DNA of 64,000 nt from Verrucomicrobiota bacterium (GCA_049513975.1 JBEKVM010000033.1:3788-67787); one strand, 5' to 3'; positions 25,870 to 36,003 are shown, counted from the first letter of the stretch. Numbers and translations are program-made. Notes: generated by a model from the sequence alone, not told the origin.

Positions 25870-28800
25870 AACCGGACACCGACCTGGCGCCGGAGAACCG
25901 GCAGCGCGGCTTCTGGGCGCTCATCGTCACGCAATTCCAGGGCGCATTCAGCGACAACGTCCTGAAAAACCTCGTCATTTTCATGATTATCGGCCTGAAT
26001 GTGTCGCTCGCCGAAAAGCACAAGATTGGCGAGCTTGTCGGCGCGCTGTTCTCCTTGCCTTTCATTGTGTTTTCCATGGCCGGCGGCTTCCTCGCCGATC
26101 GTTTCAGCAAGCGGACGATCTCCGTCGGCGTCAAAAACTTTGAAGTATTTGTGATGCTGCTCGCGCTGGCGGGTTTCGCGCGGCAGCAGCACCTCTTAAA
26201 CGCCGGCGTGCCGGCATCCCTGCAAACCTGCTGGCCGTTGCTCGGCTGTGTCTTTTTGATGGGCGTCCACAGCGCGTTTTTCGGCCCGTCCAAATACGGC
26301 CTGCTGCCGGAACTGCTGCCCGAACGCCAGCTCTCGTGGGGCAACGGCGTGCTGGAACTCGGCACCTTCATGGCCATCATTTTGGGCACGGTCGCGGCGG
26401 CGTTCATGGCCGGGGGTTTTCGCGGCGAGCAATGGATGTCCGGCGTCATCCTCATCGCCCTCGCGCTGTTTGGATTTGCCACCAGCCTCGCCATCTCGCG
26501 CGTGCCGGCGGCGAACCCGCGGAAAAAATTCAGCGCGAATTTCCCCGGCGAAGTGTGGGCGCAAATCCGCCTCTGGCGCCAGGATCGTCCGCTGTTCCTC
26601 GCCGCCGTTGGCAACACCTACTTCAACTTCCTCGGCGCGCTCTTGCTGCTGAATTTGTTTTTCTACGGCGCGGACGTGCTGCATGTGGACGAAACCAAAA
26701 TCGGTTTCCTCAACGTCGCCCTCGCGCTCGGCATCGGCCTGGGCAGCGTGGCGGCGGGATATTTGTCCGGCAGCAAAATCGAATACGGCCTCGTGCCGCT
26801 CGGCGCGCTGGGCCTTTCCGTCTTCTCCGCCTCGCTGGCGCAAGACAATTTGTCCGTGAACGCCGCGCTGGTGCGGCTCGCCCTGCTCGGCTTCGCGGGC
26901 GGGTTCTTCATCGTCCCCATCTCGGCGCTGCTCCAACACCGCCCGGACAAAACGGCCAAGGGCGAAACGCTCGCGGCGGCGAACCTGCTTTCGTTCGTCG
27001 GGATTTTTCTCGCGTCGGGCGTCCATTGGCTTCTGGCGCAGGCGATGCAACTGAATCCGCGCCAGATTTTTCTCGTCGGCGGCGCGCTCACGCTCGTCAG
27101 CGCCATTTACGTTTTGTGGCTCCTGCCCGATGCGGTGCTCCGGTTTGGTCTCTGGCTGCTCACCCGCACGCTTTACCGGGTGCGCGTGCTCGGCCGCGAG
27201 AATATTCCCGAGAAAGGCGGCGCGCTGTTTGTCTGCAATCACGTTTCCTTCGTGGACGCGCTCCTGCTCATCGCTTCCACGGACCGGCGCGTGCGGTTTG
27301 TGATGTTTGCCGGGATTTACGAGTTGCCCTGGGTGAAGCCGTTCGCCCGCATCCTCGGAGCCATTCCCATCTCCTCGGCGCAGCGGCCGCGCGACCTGCT
27401 CAAAGCGCTGCAAACGGCCAGCGAGGCCATTCGCGCCGACGACGTGGTTTGCATTTTCGCCGAGGGTCAAATCACGCGGATCGGGCAGTTGTTGCCCTTT
27501 CGCCGCGGGTTGGAGAAGATCATGCAGGACGTGGAGGCGCCCATCGTGCCCGTCGCGCTGGACGGCGTGTGGGGCAGCATCTTCAGTTTCGAGAAGCGGC
27601 GTTTCGTTTGGAAGTGGCCGCGGCGCATTCCGTATCCGGTCACCGTGAGCTTCGGTCCGCCCATGCCGCCGCGCGCCACGGCGTCCGAGGTGCGCCAGGC
27701 CGTGCAGGAATTGCTGGCCTCGGCGTGGGGTCATCGCCGCGGGCGGATGCACCCGCTGCAGCGCGCCTTTGTGCTCTCGGCGCGGCGGCATCCTTTCCGC
27801 TTTGCCATGGCCGACTCGCAGTCGCCGAAGGTGAGCTTTGGTTCGGCGCTGGTCAAAGCGGTCTTTCTGGCGCGGCGATTGAAAATGGTCTGGGCCGGGC
27901 AGGAAAAGGTCGGGCTGCTCCTGCCGCCCTCGGTGCCGGGCGCGCTGGCGAATTTTGCGGCGATGTTGTCCGGCAAAGTGCCGGTGAACCTGAACTACAC
28001 GCTCTCGGAGCAAGCCCTGGCTTCCTGCATCCGCCAGTGCGATATCAAAACCGTCGTGACCTCGAAAGCGTTTCTTGAAAAGGTGAAGCTCACCGTGCCG
28101 TGCGAGACGGTTTATCTCGAGGAACGCGCGGCGCGTCCGGGTCCGGGTGAAAAACTCGCGGCGTTTTTCATGGCTTGGCTGTTGCCCGCGGGCTGGTTGG
28201 AGCGGGCGTTGGGGCGCGCGAAGAAAGTGGAGCTGGACGATTTGGCGACGGTCATTTTTTCCAGCGGCAGCACGGGCGAGCCGAAGGGTGTCATGCTGAG
28301 CCACTACAACATCGGTTCGAACATCGAGCAAATGGAGCAAGTGTTCAGCCTGGACGGACGGGATCGTTTCCTGGGCGTCCTGCCGTTTTTCCATTCCTTC
28401 GGTTTCACCGGCACACTCTGCCTGCCGGTGGTGCTGGGGGTGGGCGCGGTCTATCACCCCAGTCCGCTTGATGCCAGGGCGATTGGCCCGCTGGTCTGCG
28501 ATTACAAAGTGACCTTTCTCCTCGCCACGCCGACGTTTCTGCAACTTTACATGCGCGGCTGCACGCCGGAGCAGTTCGGCAGCGTTCGTGTCGTGGCGGT
28601 GAGCGCGGAAAAGCTGCCCGAACGGCTGGCCTCAGCGTTCGAGGAACAGTTCGGCGTCCGGCCCTTCGAGGCCTACGGCTGCACCGAGTGCGCCCCGGCG
28701 GTGGCGGTCAATACGCATGATTTTCGCTCGGCCGGTTTCCGCCAGGTTGGGGTCAAGCGCGGCAGGATTGGCCATCCGTTGCCCGGCATTTGCGTGCGCA

Positions 28801-29333
28801 TCGTGGACGCGGAGACGCGGCAACCCGTGCCGCTGGGCCAACCGGGCCTGCTGCTCGTGCGCGGCCCGAATGTGATGCGGGGTTATCTCGGCCGCCCCGA
28901 CAAGACCGCGGAAGTGCTGCGCGATGGCTGGTATGTCACCGGCGACATCGCCGCGCTGGACGAGGACGGTTTCCTCCAGATCACCGATCGCCTGAGCCGC
29001 TTCAGCAAAATCGGCGGTGAGATGGTCCCGCATATTCGCGTCGAGGAAAAACTGCACGAACTGGCCGGAGCGACGGAACAATGGTTTGTCGTGGCCGGCG
29101 TGCCCGACGAAAAGAAAGGGGAGCGGCTGGTGGTGTTGCACAAGCTGACGGCAGCCCAATGGACGGAGCTTTGCCCCAAGCTGCCGCAACTGGATCTGCC
29201 CAATCTCTGGAAGCCGCGCCCCGACCAGTTCTATCACCTGGAGGCCTTGCCCATCCTCGGCACCGGCAAATTGGACCTGCGCAAGATTCGCGAACTGGCG
29301 GCGCAGTTCTCCAAAGGAGAATCGGGCAAATGA
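25866..29333 (+). CDS. Triple-fusion lysophospholipid transporter (LplT-like MFS) / PlsC-type acyltransferase / acyl-ACP synthetase (Aas-like)
   Basis: The N-terminal ~420 aa have about 12 TM helices (MFS). The acyltransferase HX4D block is CNHVSFVDALLL. The AMP-binding motifs are IFSSGSTGEPKG, YGCTE and TGDIAALDEDGFLQITDR. Confidence 0.85.
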   Translation: MKPDTDLAPENRQRGFWALIVTQFQGAFSDNVLKNLVIFMIIGLNVSLAEKHKIGELVGALFSLPFIVFSMAGGFLADRFSKRTISVGVKNFEVFVMLLALAGFARQQHLLNAGVPASLQTCWPLLGCVFLMGVHSAFFGPSKYGLLPELLPERQLSWGNGVLELGTFMAIILGTVAAAFMAGGFRGEQWMSGVILIALALFGFATSLAISRVPAANPRKKFSANFPGEVWAQIRLWRQDRPLFLAAVGNTYFNFLGALLLLNLFFYGADVLHVDETKIGFLNVALALGIGLGSVAAGYLSGSKIEYGLVPLGALGLSVFSASLAQDNLSVNAALVRLALLGFAGGFFIVPISALLQHRPDKTAKGETLAAANLLSFVGIFLASGVHWLLAQAMQLNPRQIFLVGGALTLVSAIYVLWLLPDAVLRFGLWLLTRTLYRVRVLGRENIPEKGGALFVCNHVSFVDALLLIASTDRRVRFVMFAGIYELPWVKPFARILGAIPISSAQRPRDLLKALQTASEAIRADDVVCIFAEGQITRIGQLLPFRRGLEKIMQDVEAPIVPVALDGVWGSIFSFEKRRFVWKWPRRIPYPVTVSFGPPMPPRATASEVRQAVQELLASAWGHRRGRMHPLQRAFVLSARRHPFRFAMADSQSPKVSFGSALVKAVFLARRLKMVWAGQEKVGLLLPPSVPGALANFAAMLSGKVPVNLNYTLSEQALASCIRQCDIKTVVTSKAFLEKVKLTVPCETVYLEERAARPGPGEKLAAFFMAWLLPAGWLERALGRAKKVELDDLATVIFSSGSTGEPKGVMLSHYNIGSNIEQMEQVFSLDGRDRFLGVLPFFHSFGFTGTLCLPVVLGVGAVYHPSPLDARAIGPLVCDYKVTFLLATPTFLQLYMRGCTPEQFGSVRVVAVSAEKLPERLASAFEEQFGVRPFEAYGCTECAPAVAVNTHDFRSAGFRQVGVKRGRIGHPLPGICVRIVDAETRQPVPLGQPGLLLVRGPNVMRGYLGRPDKTAEVLRDGWYVTGDIAALDEDGFLQITDRLSRFSKIGGEMVPHIRVEEKLHELAGATEQWFVVAGVPDEKKGERLVVLHKLTAAQWTELCPKLPQLDLPNLWKPRPDQFYHLEALPILGTGKLDLRKIRELAAQFSKGESGK

Positions 29334-29358
29334 ACCGCCCGCGGATCGCCTCCTAGTC

Positions 29359-30561
29359 ATGCAAAACGTCGTCATTGCCAAAACCTATCGCTTTGTGCCG
29401 CCGCGCTTCAGCCCGTTCTGGTGGCGGATCATCCAGTGGTATCTGCCCGCGTTTCTTCGAAAGAGTTTCGGCATCACTTCGTGGAAATGCGTGGGGGCGG
29501 AGCGCCTGGCCGATTCTCTGAATGCCGGCTGCGGCGTGTTGCTGGCCTCAAACCACTGCCGGCCCTCTGATCCCGCGGTTTTGGGGCTGCTGGCGCGCGA
29601 AGTCGGCCGGCCATTTCATGTCATGGCCAGTTGGCATCTCTTCATGCAAAGCCGCGCGCAGTCTTTCCTCTTGCCCCGCCTCGGGGGATTTAGTGTTTAC
29701 CGGGAAGGATTGGATCGTGAATCGCTCAAATGCGCCACGCGCATTCTGGCCGAGACCCGCTTTCCCCTGGTCGTTTTTCCAGAAGGCTTCGTCACCCGCA
29801 ATAACGACCGCCTGATGAACCTGATGGAGGGGGTGGCGTTTCTGGCGCGTGCGGCGGCCAAACAACGGGGCGCTTCTCCGCAGCCTGGCAAGGTCGTGAT
29901 GCATCCGGTTTTTGTCCGCTACTTTTTCGAAGGCGACCTCGGAGCAACCATTGCGCCGGTCTTGCAGGAAATCGAAGCTCGTCTGTCCTGGCAGCCGCAG
30001 AGTCATCTGCCCTTGCGCGAACGGATTGTCAAAGCCGGACACGCTTTGCTGGCGCTCAAGGAAATGGAATACCTCGGCGCGACCCAATCCGGCGCACTGA
30101 GGGAACGGCTCGCCCATCTGCTGGATCATCTGCTGCAACCGCTCGAGCAGGAATGGACCGGAGGACGCCGCGAGCCTGATCCGATGACGCGGATCAAGCG
30201 TCTGCGCACGGCCATCCTGCCCGACATGGTTCATGGCGAACTCACCGAGGAAGAGCGCGCGCGCCGGTGGCGGCAGTTGGCGGACTTGTATTTCGCCCAG
30301 CAACTGCATTGTTACTCGGGTGATTACCTCGCCGATGCCCCAACGCCCGAGCGCCTGCTGGAAACCGTGGAACGTTACGAGGAAGATCTGACCGATGCCG
30401 CCCGCCCCCATCCGCCGCTTCATGCCGTCATCTCCGTCGGCCAAGCCATCGAAGCAACGCCGGCACGGGATCGCAGTGCCGACAATGACCCCATTTCCAA
30501 CGAACTCCGGCGGCAGCTCGAAATCATGCTTGAGGAAAGCAAAACCCAGAGGCGCGCCTGA
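29359..30561 (+). CDS. PlsC-family (1-acyl-sn-glycerol-3-phosphate-type) acyltransferase with long C-terminal extension
   Basis: HX4D motif SNHCRPSDPAV, plus the FPEG block (VVFPEGFVTRNN). Confidence 0.65.
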   Translation: MQNVVIAKTYRFVPPRFSPFWWRIIQWYLPAFLRKSFGITSWKCVGAERLADSLNAGCGVLLASNHCRPSDPAVLGLLAREVGRPFHVMASWHLFMQSRAQSFLLPRLGGFSVYREGLDRESLKCATRILAETRFPLVVFPEGFVTRNNDRLMNLMEGVAFLARAAAKQRGASPQPGKVVMHPVFVRYFFEGDLGATIAPVLQEIEARLSWQPQSHLPLRERIVKAGHALLALKEMEYLGATQSGALRERLAHLLDHLLQPLEQEWTGGRREPDPMTRIKRLRTAILPDMVHGELTEEERARRWRQLADLYFAQQLHCYSGDYLADAPTPERLLETVERYEEDLTDAARPHPPLHAVISVGQAIEATPARDRSADNDPISNELRRQLEIMLEESKTQRRA

Positions 30562-30579
30562 CGCCTGAAAGCCGACACC

Positions 30580-31236
30580 ATGGCACCTATCCTTGCAGGG
30601 TTGCACTGGCCCGCCATTGGCCTTCGCGCTGGCGTCGTCGCCGGAGCCCTCGTCCTCTGGTTCTGGACCCAGTCGCTGATCGCGCGCAAGTCCGCGCCGA
30701 AGGAGGGCATCGGCGATGTCGTCCATGATCTGACGGCGCGCTGGAACCGCTACTTCTCCACCCATGATCGCGCCGCCAACGCGGCCCTCATCATCAGTTC
30801 GGGCTTCATTGATCTGTTTGGCCTCTCGCTCATCGGTGCGGCCATCTTCGGCTCCACCTTTGCGCCCTTTCTGGCCATCCTCATCCTTTTCGGTTTGCGG
30901 CAACTCTGCCAGGGCCTCTGCACCCTGCCGCCGCCACCCGGCATGATCTGGCGAAACCCGGGGTTCCCTGCGCTGCTCGTGACTTACTCGGTGGGCAATG
31001 ACTTCTTCTTCTCCGGCCACACCGCGGTGGCCGTGCTCGGAGCCATTGAGGCGGCCTGTTTCGGTCCGGCGTGGCTTGGGGCCGTCGCGGCGTCCATTGC
31101 GCTGGGAGAAATGCTCCTCGTGCTGGTGTTGCGGGCGCACTACACGATGGATGTCGTGGCAGGGGCGTTGGCGGCGTTCCTCGCTGCGGAGGCGGCCGGA
31201 AGATTGTCACCCGCGGTGGATGCGTGGTTGCGCTAA
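30580..31236 (+). CDS. PAP2_C / sphingomyelin-synthase-like membrane phosphotransferase
   Basis: GNDFFFSGHTAVAV and RAHYTMDVVAGALAAF match the SGHT and HYTxDV catalytic motifs of the SMS/PAP2_C family, set in a multi-TM context. Confidence 0.6.
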   Translation: MAPILAGLHWPAIGLRAGVVAGALVLWFWTQSLIARKSAPKEGIGDVVHDLTARWNRYFSTHDRAANAALIISSGFIDLFGLSLIGAAIFGSTFAPFLAILILFGLRQLCQGLCTLPPPPGMIWRNPGFPALLVTYSVGNDFFFSGHTAVAVLGAIEAACFGPAWLGAVAASIALGEMLLVLVLRAHYTMDVVAGALAAFLAAEAAGRLSPAVDAWLR

Positions 31237-31323
31237 ATTTATCGGCGCTAAATTTATTCGCTGGCGTAGGGCCGGAAGTACTGGCAGATTGACGGCAGTC
31301 GCAACCAGTGATTCACATACAAT

Positions 31324-31743
31324 ATGCAAACAAATATCGAGACCGAGGACGCCATCGTGCAAAAGACCCGCGAACTGTGCGAGACCATCGTGCAGCAACC
31401 CCAATTCCACAGCATCCGCCAGCGGGTGGAAGCCTTCCTGGCCGATCCCGAAGCCCAGTCCCAATACGAGTGCCTGAGCGATCTGGGCCAGCAGCTTCAC
31501 AATAAACAACACGAGGGCCTGACCCTCACCAGCGCGGAAATCGCCGCCTTTGACCGCCAGCGCGAAACCTTTACCGCCAATCCGGTGGCCAGGGATTTTG
31601 TCGAGGCGCAGGAGGAAATGCACCGGCTCCAGCAGCAGATCACCAAATACGTCAGCAAGACCCTCGAACTGGGCGCGGTGCCCTCGGCCGAAGACCTGGC
31701 CGGCGACGGCTCCTGCGGCAGCGGCTGCGGCTGTCACCACTAA
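31324..31743 (+). CDS. YlbF/YmcA-like helical regulator with Cys/His-rich C-terminal tail
   Basis: The all-helical pattern AIVQKTRELCETIVQQPQFHSIRQRVEAFLADPEAQSQYE...NPVARDFVEAQEEMHRLQQQI is followed by the tail GSCGSGCGCHH. Confidence 0.55.
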   Translation: MQTNIETEDAIVQKTRELCETIVQQPQFHSIRQRVEAFLADPEAQSQYECLSDLGQQLHNKQHEGLTLTSAEIAAFDRQRETFTANPVARDFVEAQEEMHRLQQQITKYVSKTLELGAVPSAEDLAGDGSCGSGCGCHH

Positions 31744-31745
31744 TT

Positions 31746-33096
31746 TTGAGCCAGCCGGACATCCAGGAAAAGTTCTTGCAGTCCGCCGCCCGGCACGGCT
31801 ACGCCACCGCCCCGGTCAAAACGACCCGCCTGCCGCCGGGCATTCCTTACATCGTCATCAGCGAGGCGGCGGAACGGTTCAGCTTTTACGGCATGAACGC
31901 CATTCTGACCGCGTTCATGGCCGGACAGGTCTTTGACGATCGAACGCATCGGACTCTCCCCCTATTCGGGTTGTTGGACACCCACGGAAAACCGGCCCCG
32001 ATGTCGGACTCGCACGCGACCGCCGCGTATCATTTTTTTGTCTTCGGGACCTATTTCATGTCGTTTTTGGGGGCGATCATTTCCGACGGTTTTTTTGGGA
32101 AGTTCCAGACGGTCATGGTCCTCTCCGTTGTGTATTGTTTGGGTCATTTTGCGCTGGCGTTGAACGCGACCCGCTTGGGATTGTTCATCGGTCTGGCGCT
32201 GATCGCTTTGGGCGCGGGCGGCATCAAGCCCTGCGTCTCCTCCAACGTGGGGGACCAATTTGGGGCCAGCAACCAACATCTCATGTCGCGGGTATTCGGC
32301 TGGTTTTATTTCGCCATCAATTTTGGCGGAACGTTTTCCCAGTTGTTGATTCCTTTCCTGCTCGTGACTTATGGCCCTCATCTGGCGTTTGCCGTTCCGG
32401 GGATCTTGATGTTGATGGCAACGATTATTTTCTGGAGCGGACGCCGGAAGTTTGTTCATGTGCCGCCCAGCGGCAAAACCGTTCTGACCGAAGCGTTAAG
32501 CCCGGCTGGCTTGGGCATTGTCCTCCGGTTGTCCGGGCTTTACGTCTTTTTCATCGTCTTCTGGGCGCTCTACTACCAGAGTTCGTCCGCCTGGGTCCTA
32601 CAGGCCGGCCGGATGGACCTGCACTGGCTCGGGCGGGACTGGATTCCTTCGCAGTTGCAGGCCATCAACTCGATCCTGATCCTGCTTTTCATTCCGCTCT
32701 TTTCCTACGTGATTTACCCGGTGGTCAACCGCTTCTTCGCCCTCACGCCTCTGCGCAAAATCTCCATCGGCTTCTTTCTCATGGTGCCCGCCTTTATGAT
32801 TACCCTCGGAAGTCATGGTCTCCATCACCGGACTTGAGTTCTCCTACGCCCAGGCGCCCAAAAAAATGAAGTCCTTTGTCATGGCGTTGTTTTTCTGCCC
32901 GTTCGCCCTGGGCAATCTTTTCACCGCCGCCGTCAACGAGTTGAACGAACACAACGGGCGGCTCGTTTTTTCCTATGTGGACTACTACGTTTTCTACACT
33001 TGTTTGATGCTGACGGCGTCTGTCTTGTTTATCTTCGTCGTCCGCAAATTTAAATCCCATACCTTCCTCCAGAATGAATCCCCCGCCCCGGCGTAA
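31746..33096 (+). pseudogene. POT/PTR2-family proton-dependent oligopeptide transporter split by a frameshift near 32800-32812
   Basis: Fragment 1 (31746..32837) carries the PTR2 signature ERFSFYGMNAIL. Fragment 2 (32815..33096, +1 frame) begins MVSITGLEFSYAQAPKKMKS, which is the conserved continuation. The frames join if one base is restored in ctcgga|agtc. Confidence 0.75.
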
Positions 33097-33109
33097 CCGG
33101 CTTATGGTT

Positions 33110-33160
33110 GATCTTAATCCTAATCTTAATCCTAATCTCAATCTCAATCTCTCCTAATCG
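33110..33160 (+). repeat. Hexanucleotide array (CTTAAT/CCTAAT/CTCAAT)n upstream of hisD
   Basis: gatcttaatcctaatcttaatcctaatctcaatctcaatctctcctaatcg. It has the same unit and orientation as 7041..7088. Confidence 0.85.
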
Positions 33161-33211
33161 AGTTGCGCTGCCTTTGACTTTCGCGCGCCCTTCCTCTAAC
33201 TTGGCGGCCTC

Positions 33212-34510
33212 ATGAATGTCCTGCTCCTCAAGGCCCCGGATTTCAGCGATCAATGCCGCCGCCTGATCGCTTCCTCCAGCTTGTTTGATCCGGTCATCGA
33301 GCAGCGCTCCCGCGAAATCATTCAGGCCGTGCGCGAACGCGGCGACGCCGCCCTCAGCGAGTTTGCCCGGCGCTTCGACGGCGCGACCCTGGAACCGGAC
33401 CAATTCGCCGTGTCGCACTCCGAATTGATGGCCGCTTCCTTGCGCGCGGATGAATCGCTGCGCGCGGCGGTGGCGGAAGCGTCCGCCAACATCGAGGCCT
33501 TCGCCAAACGGTCCCTGCGCCGGGGCTGGTCCATGCGCAACTCGCACGGCGCGACGGTGGGCGAAAAGTTTGATCCCTTTTTTCGCGTCGGGATTTACAT
33601 CCCGGGCGGCATGGCCCCGCTGGTTTCGACGGCGCTGATGACCATTCTGCTGGCGCGCGTGGCCGGTTGCCGCCAGATCGTCGTCTGCACACCGTGCGAT
33701 CGCCACGGGCAATTGAACCCCGCCCTGCTCTACGCCGCCCGCCGCGCCGGGGCGACGGAAATTTACCGCATCGGTGGCGTGCAAGCCATCGCCGCCCTGG
33801 CCCTGGGAACGAAAACCATCCACCCTGTGCAGAAGATTTTCGGGCCGGGCAACGCCTACGTCGTGGCGGCCAAGCGCCTGCTTTACGGTTACGCGGCCAT
33901 GGATCTGCTGCCGGGGCCGAGCGAGTTGCTCGTGCTGGCGGATGACACGGCCAAGGCCGCCTTCGTCGCCGCCGATTTGCTGGCGCAGGCCGAACACGGA
34001 TCGGGGCACGAGCGGGTCTGGCTGGTGACCCCTTCGCTCGAGTTGTTGCGCGCCGTGCAAAAGGAAATCGCCCGCCAATTGCCCGGGCTGGCGCGGCGCC
34101 AACTCATTGAACGCGCCCTGCGCAACAACGGCTGGCTCATCCAGGTCGCCGGCCTCGCGCAGGGGGTGGAGCTGGCCAACCGTCTCGCGCCGGAGCATTT
34201 GGAAATCATCTGCCGTCACGGCGCGGATTTGGCGGCGAAAATCACGACGGCGGGGGCGATTTTTCTGGGTGGCGATTCGCCCACCGTGCTGGGCGATTAT
34301 GTGGCCGGCCCCAGCCACACCTTGCCGGCCGGCGGGACGGGCGCGTCCTTCGCCGGCTTGACCGTGGACCAATTTCAACGGCGCACCAGCCTGGTCGAAT
34401 ACAAAAAACCCGCCCTGAAAAAAGCGCTGAAAACCGTCCAAAAATTCGCCCAATTGGAAGGATTGGACGCGCACGGACGCTCCGCCGAAATTCGTTTTCG
34501 GAAACGATAA
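33212..34510 (+). CDS. hisD: Histidinol dehydrogenase
   Basis: The length (432 aa) fits, as do the motifs GIYIPGG, IYRIGGVQAIAALALGT, GPGNAYVVAAKR, AGPSELLVLAD, LAQAEHG and GDYVAGPSHTLP. Confidence 0.92.
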   Translation: MNVLLLKAPDFSDQCRRLIASSSLFDPVIEQRSREIIQAVRERGDAALSEFARRFDGATLEPDQFAVSHSELMAASLRADESLRAAVAEASANIEAFAKRSLRRGWSMRNSHGATVGEKFDPFFRVGIYIPGGMAPLVSTALMTILLARVAGCRQIVVCTPCDRHGQLNPALLYAARRAGATEIYRIGGVQAIAALALGTKTIHPVQKIFGPGNAYVVAAKRLLYGYAAMDLLPGPSELLVLADDTAKAAFVAADLLAQAEHGSGHERVWLVTPSLELLRAVQKEIARQLPGLARRQLIERALRNNGWLIQVAGLAQGVELANRLAPEHLEIICRHGADLAAKITTAGAIFLGGDSPTVLGDYVAGPSHTLPAGGTGASFAGLTVDQFQRRTSLVEYKKPALKKALKTVQKFAQLEGLDAHGRSAEIRFRKR

Positions 34511-34528
34511 TTCATCGGACCCGCTCCC

Positions 34529-35653
34529 ATGGACACCCCTTCCCGCAGTCAACAATCGTATGTCCGGCCCATCGTGCGCCGTCTCCGTGCCTACGTTCCG
34601 GGTGAACAGCCCAGGATCCAGGGCCTGGTCAAACTCAACACCAACGAGAACCCTTATCCGCCTTCCCCCAAAGTGCTCCGCGCCATCAAGTCCGCTGCGG
34701 ACGCACGGCTGCGCCTCTATCCCAATCCGACCGCGGAACCCCTGCGCGCGAAACTGGCGGCGTTGCACCATTGCCGGCCGGCGAACCTCATCGTGGGCAA
34801 CGGCTCCGATGAATTGCTCGCCCTGGCCACCCGCGCCTTTGTCGAGCCGGAAAGCGCCTGCCCGCCCAACCCGCGGTCACGGGCGGTGGTTCAATTTTTT
34901 ACGCCCAGCTACTCCCTCTATCCGGTGTTGGCGGACATCGCCGGCGCGCGCCGCAATCCGGTCCCGCTCGCGGCGGATTTCGGGCTTCCGCCGATAGCCG
35001 AACTGACGGCGGGCCGGTGGGATTTCCAGGCCGCGCTCACTTTCATCACCACGCCCAATGCGCCCAGCGGACGCGGGTACGCCACGGCGGAACTGGAAAA
35101 ACTGTGCCGCGCCCAACGCGGCGTGGTCGTTTTGGACGAAGCCTATGTGGATTTTGCCAAAGAAAATGCGCTCGCGCTGGCCTTGCGCCATCCGCACGTC
35201 CTCGTGGCCCGGACCTTTTCCAAGGCCTACTCGCTCTGCTTCCAGCGCATCGGTTATTTCGTGGGCCACCCGGACTTGATCGCCGCGCTTCAGAAAATCC
35301 GGGACAGCTATAATGTGAACGGCCTGGGCCAGATTGCCGCGCTGGCCACGCTTTCGGAGCTGCCGTACTACCGGCGCGGTTTCAAGCGCATCATCGCCAC
35401 GCGCCAACGCCTGGCGGAGGATCTGGTCAAATTGGAATTCGCCGTCCTTCCGAGCCAGACCAATTTCATTTTCGCGCGCCCGCCAAAATTCCCCGCCGAA
35501 GCCTGGCTGCAAAAACTGCGCCAGCGCAAAGTCCTGGTCCGCTGGTTCGATTACCCCGAAACAAAAGATTTTCTGCGCATCACCATCGGCACCGGGGCGG
35601 AGGCCGAAGCACTCCTGCTCGCGGCCCGGTCGGTGCTGCGCTGCACAATATAA
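34529..35653 (+). CDS. hisC: Histidinol-phosphate aminotransferase
   Basis: VKLNTNENPYPPSP, GNGSDELL, VVLDEAYVDF and the PLP-lysine block TFSKAYSLCFQRIGY. Confidence 0.9.
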   Translation: MDTPSRSQQSYVRPIVRRLRAYVPGEQPRIQGLVKLNTNENPYPPSPKVLRAIKSAADARLRLYPNPTAEPLRAKLAALHHCRPANLIVGNGSDELLALATRAFVEPESACPPNPRSRAVVQFFTPSYSLYPVLADIAGARRNPVPLAADFGLPPIAELTAGRWDFQAALTFITTPNAPSGRGYATAELEKLCRAQRGVVVLDEAYVDFAKENALALALRHPHVLVARTFSKAYSLCFQRIGYFVGHPDLIAALQKIRDSYNVNGLGQIAALATLSELPYYRRGFKRIIATRQRLAEDLVKLEFAVLPSQTNFIFARPPKFPAEAWLQKLRQRKVLVRWFDYPETKDFLRITIGTGAEAEALLLAARSVLRCTI

Positions 35654-35667
35654 CCTTTTCGATAATC

Positions 35668-36003
35668 ATGTCCGAACACCGATCCATTTCACTCTCTATC
35701 AAGAGGTGTTTCCCATTTTTCGCATTGATGTTATTGACGCTCTCCGCTTGCGAGACACAAAGGGAAAGGGTAGAAAGGACACAGGTAATCATACAAGGAA
35801 TTGATTGCGTGACGGTAGCGTGGGTAAATTCTGCCGAAAGATGTCAGATTGTGGGTGAAAGTCTCTCTGAAATAGGCATTTCGAGCGCGACTGAAGGGAG
35901 TATGGTTTATGCTGTTGAGGTTCCAAAGGCTGACTACGTTCGGGCAATCTGGAAACTCAAACACGAACCCAAGCTCAAAGGGAAATGGATCCGCTTTATT
36001 TAA
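35668..36003 (+). CDS. Hypothetical small lipoprotein, AT-richer than its surroundings
   Basis: Lipobox FFALMLLTLSAC. I recognise no family. The composition differs from the neighbours. Confidence 0.45.
   Translation: MSEHRSISLSIKRCFPFFALMLLTLSACETQRERVERTQVIIQGIDCVTVAWVNSAERCQIVGESLSEIGISSATEGSMVYAVEVPKADYVRAIWKLKHEPKLKGKWIRFI

Noticed and set aside
26196-31140. 782-aa (26196..28544) and 530-aa (29548..31140) minus-strand ORFs
   Set aside because: They are antisense to the LplT/Aas fusion and the PlsC/PAP2_C genes. Their Arg/Glu/His/Gly-rich composition lacks motifs.
33050-34771. 573-aa minus-strand ORF
   Set aside because: It is antisense to hisD, whose identity is unambiguous.
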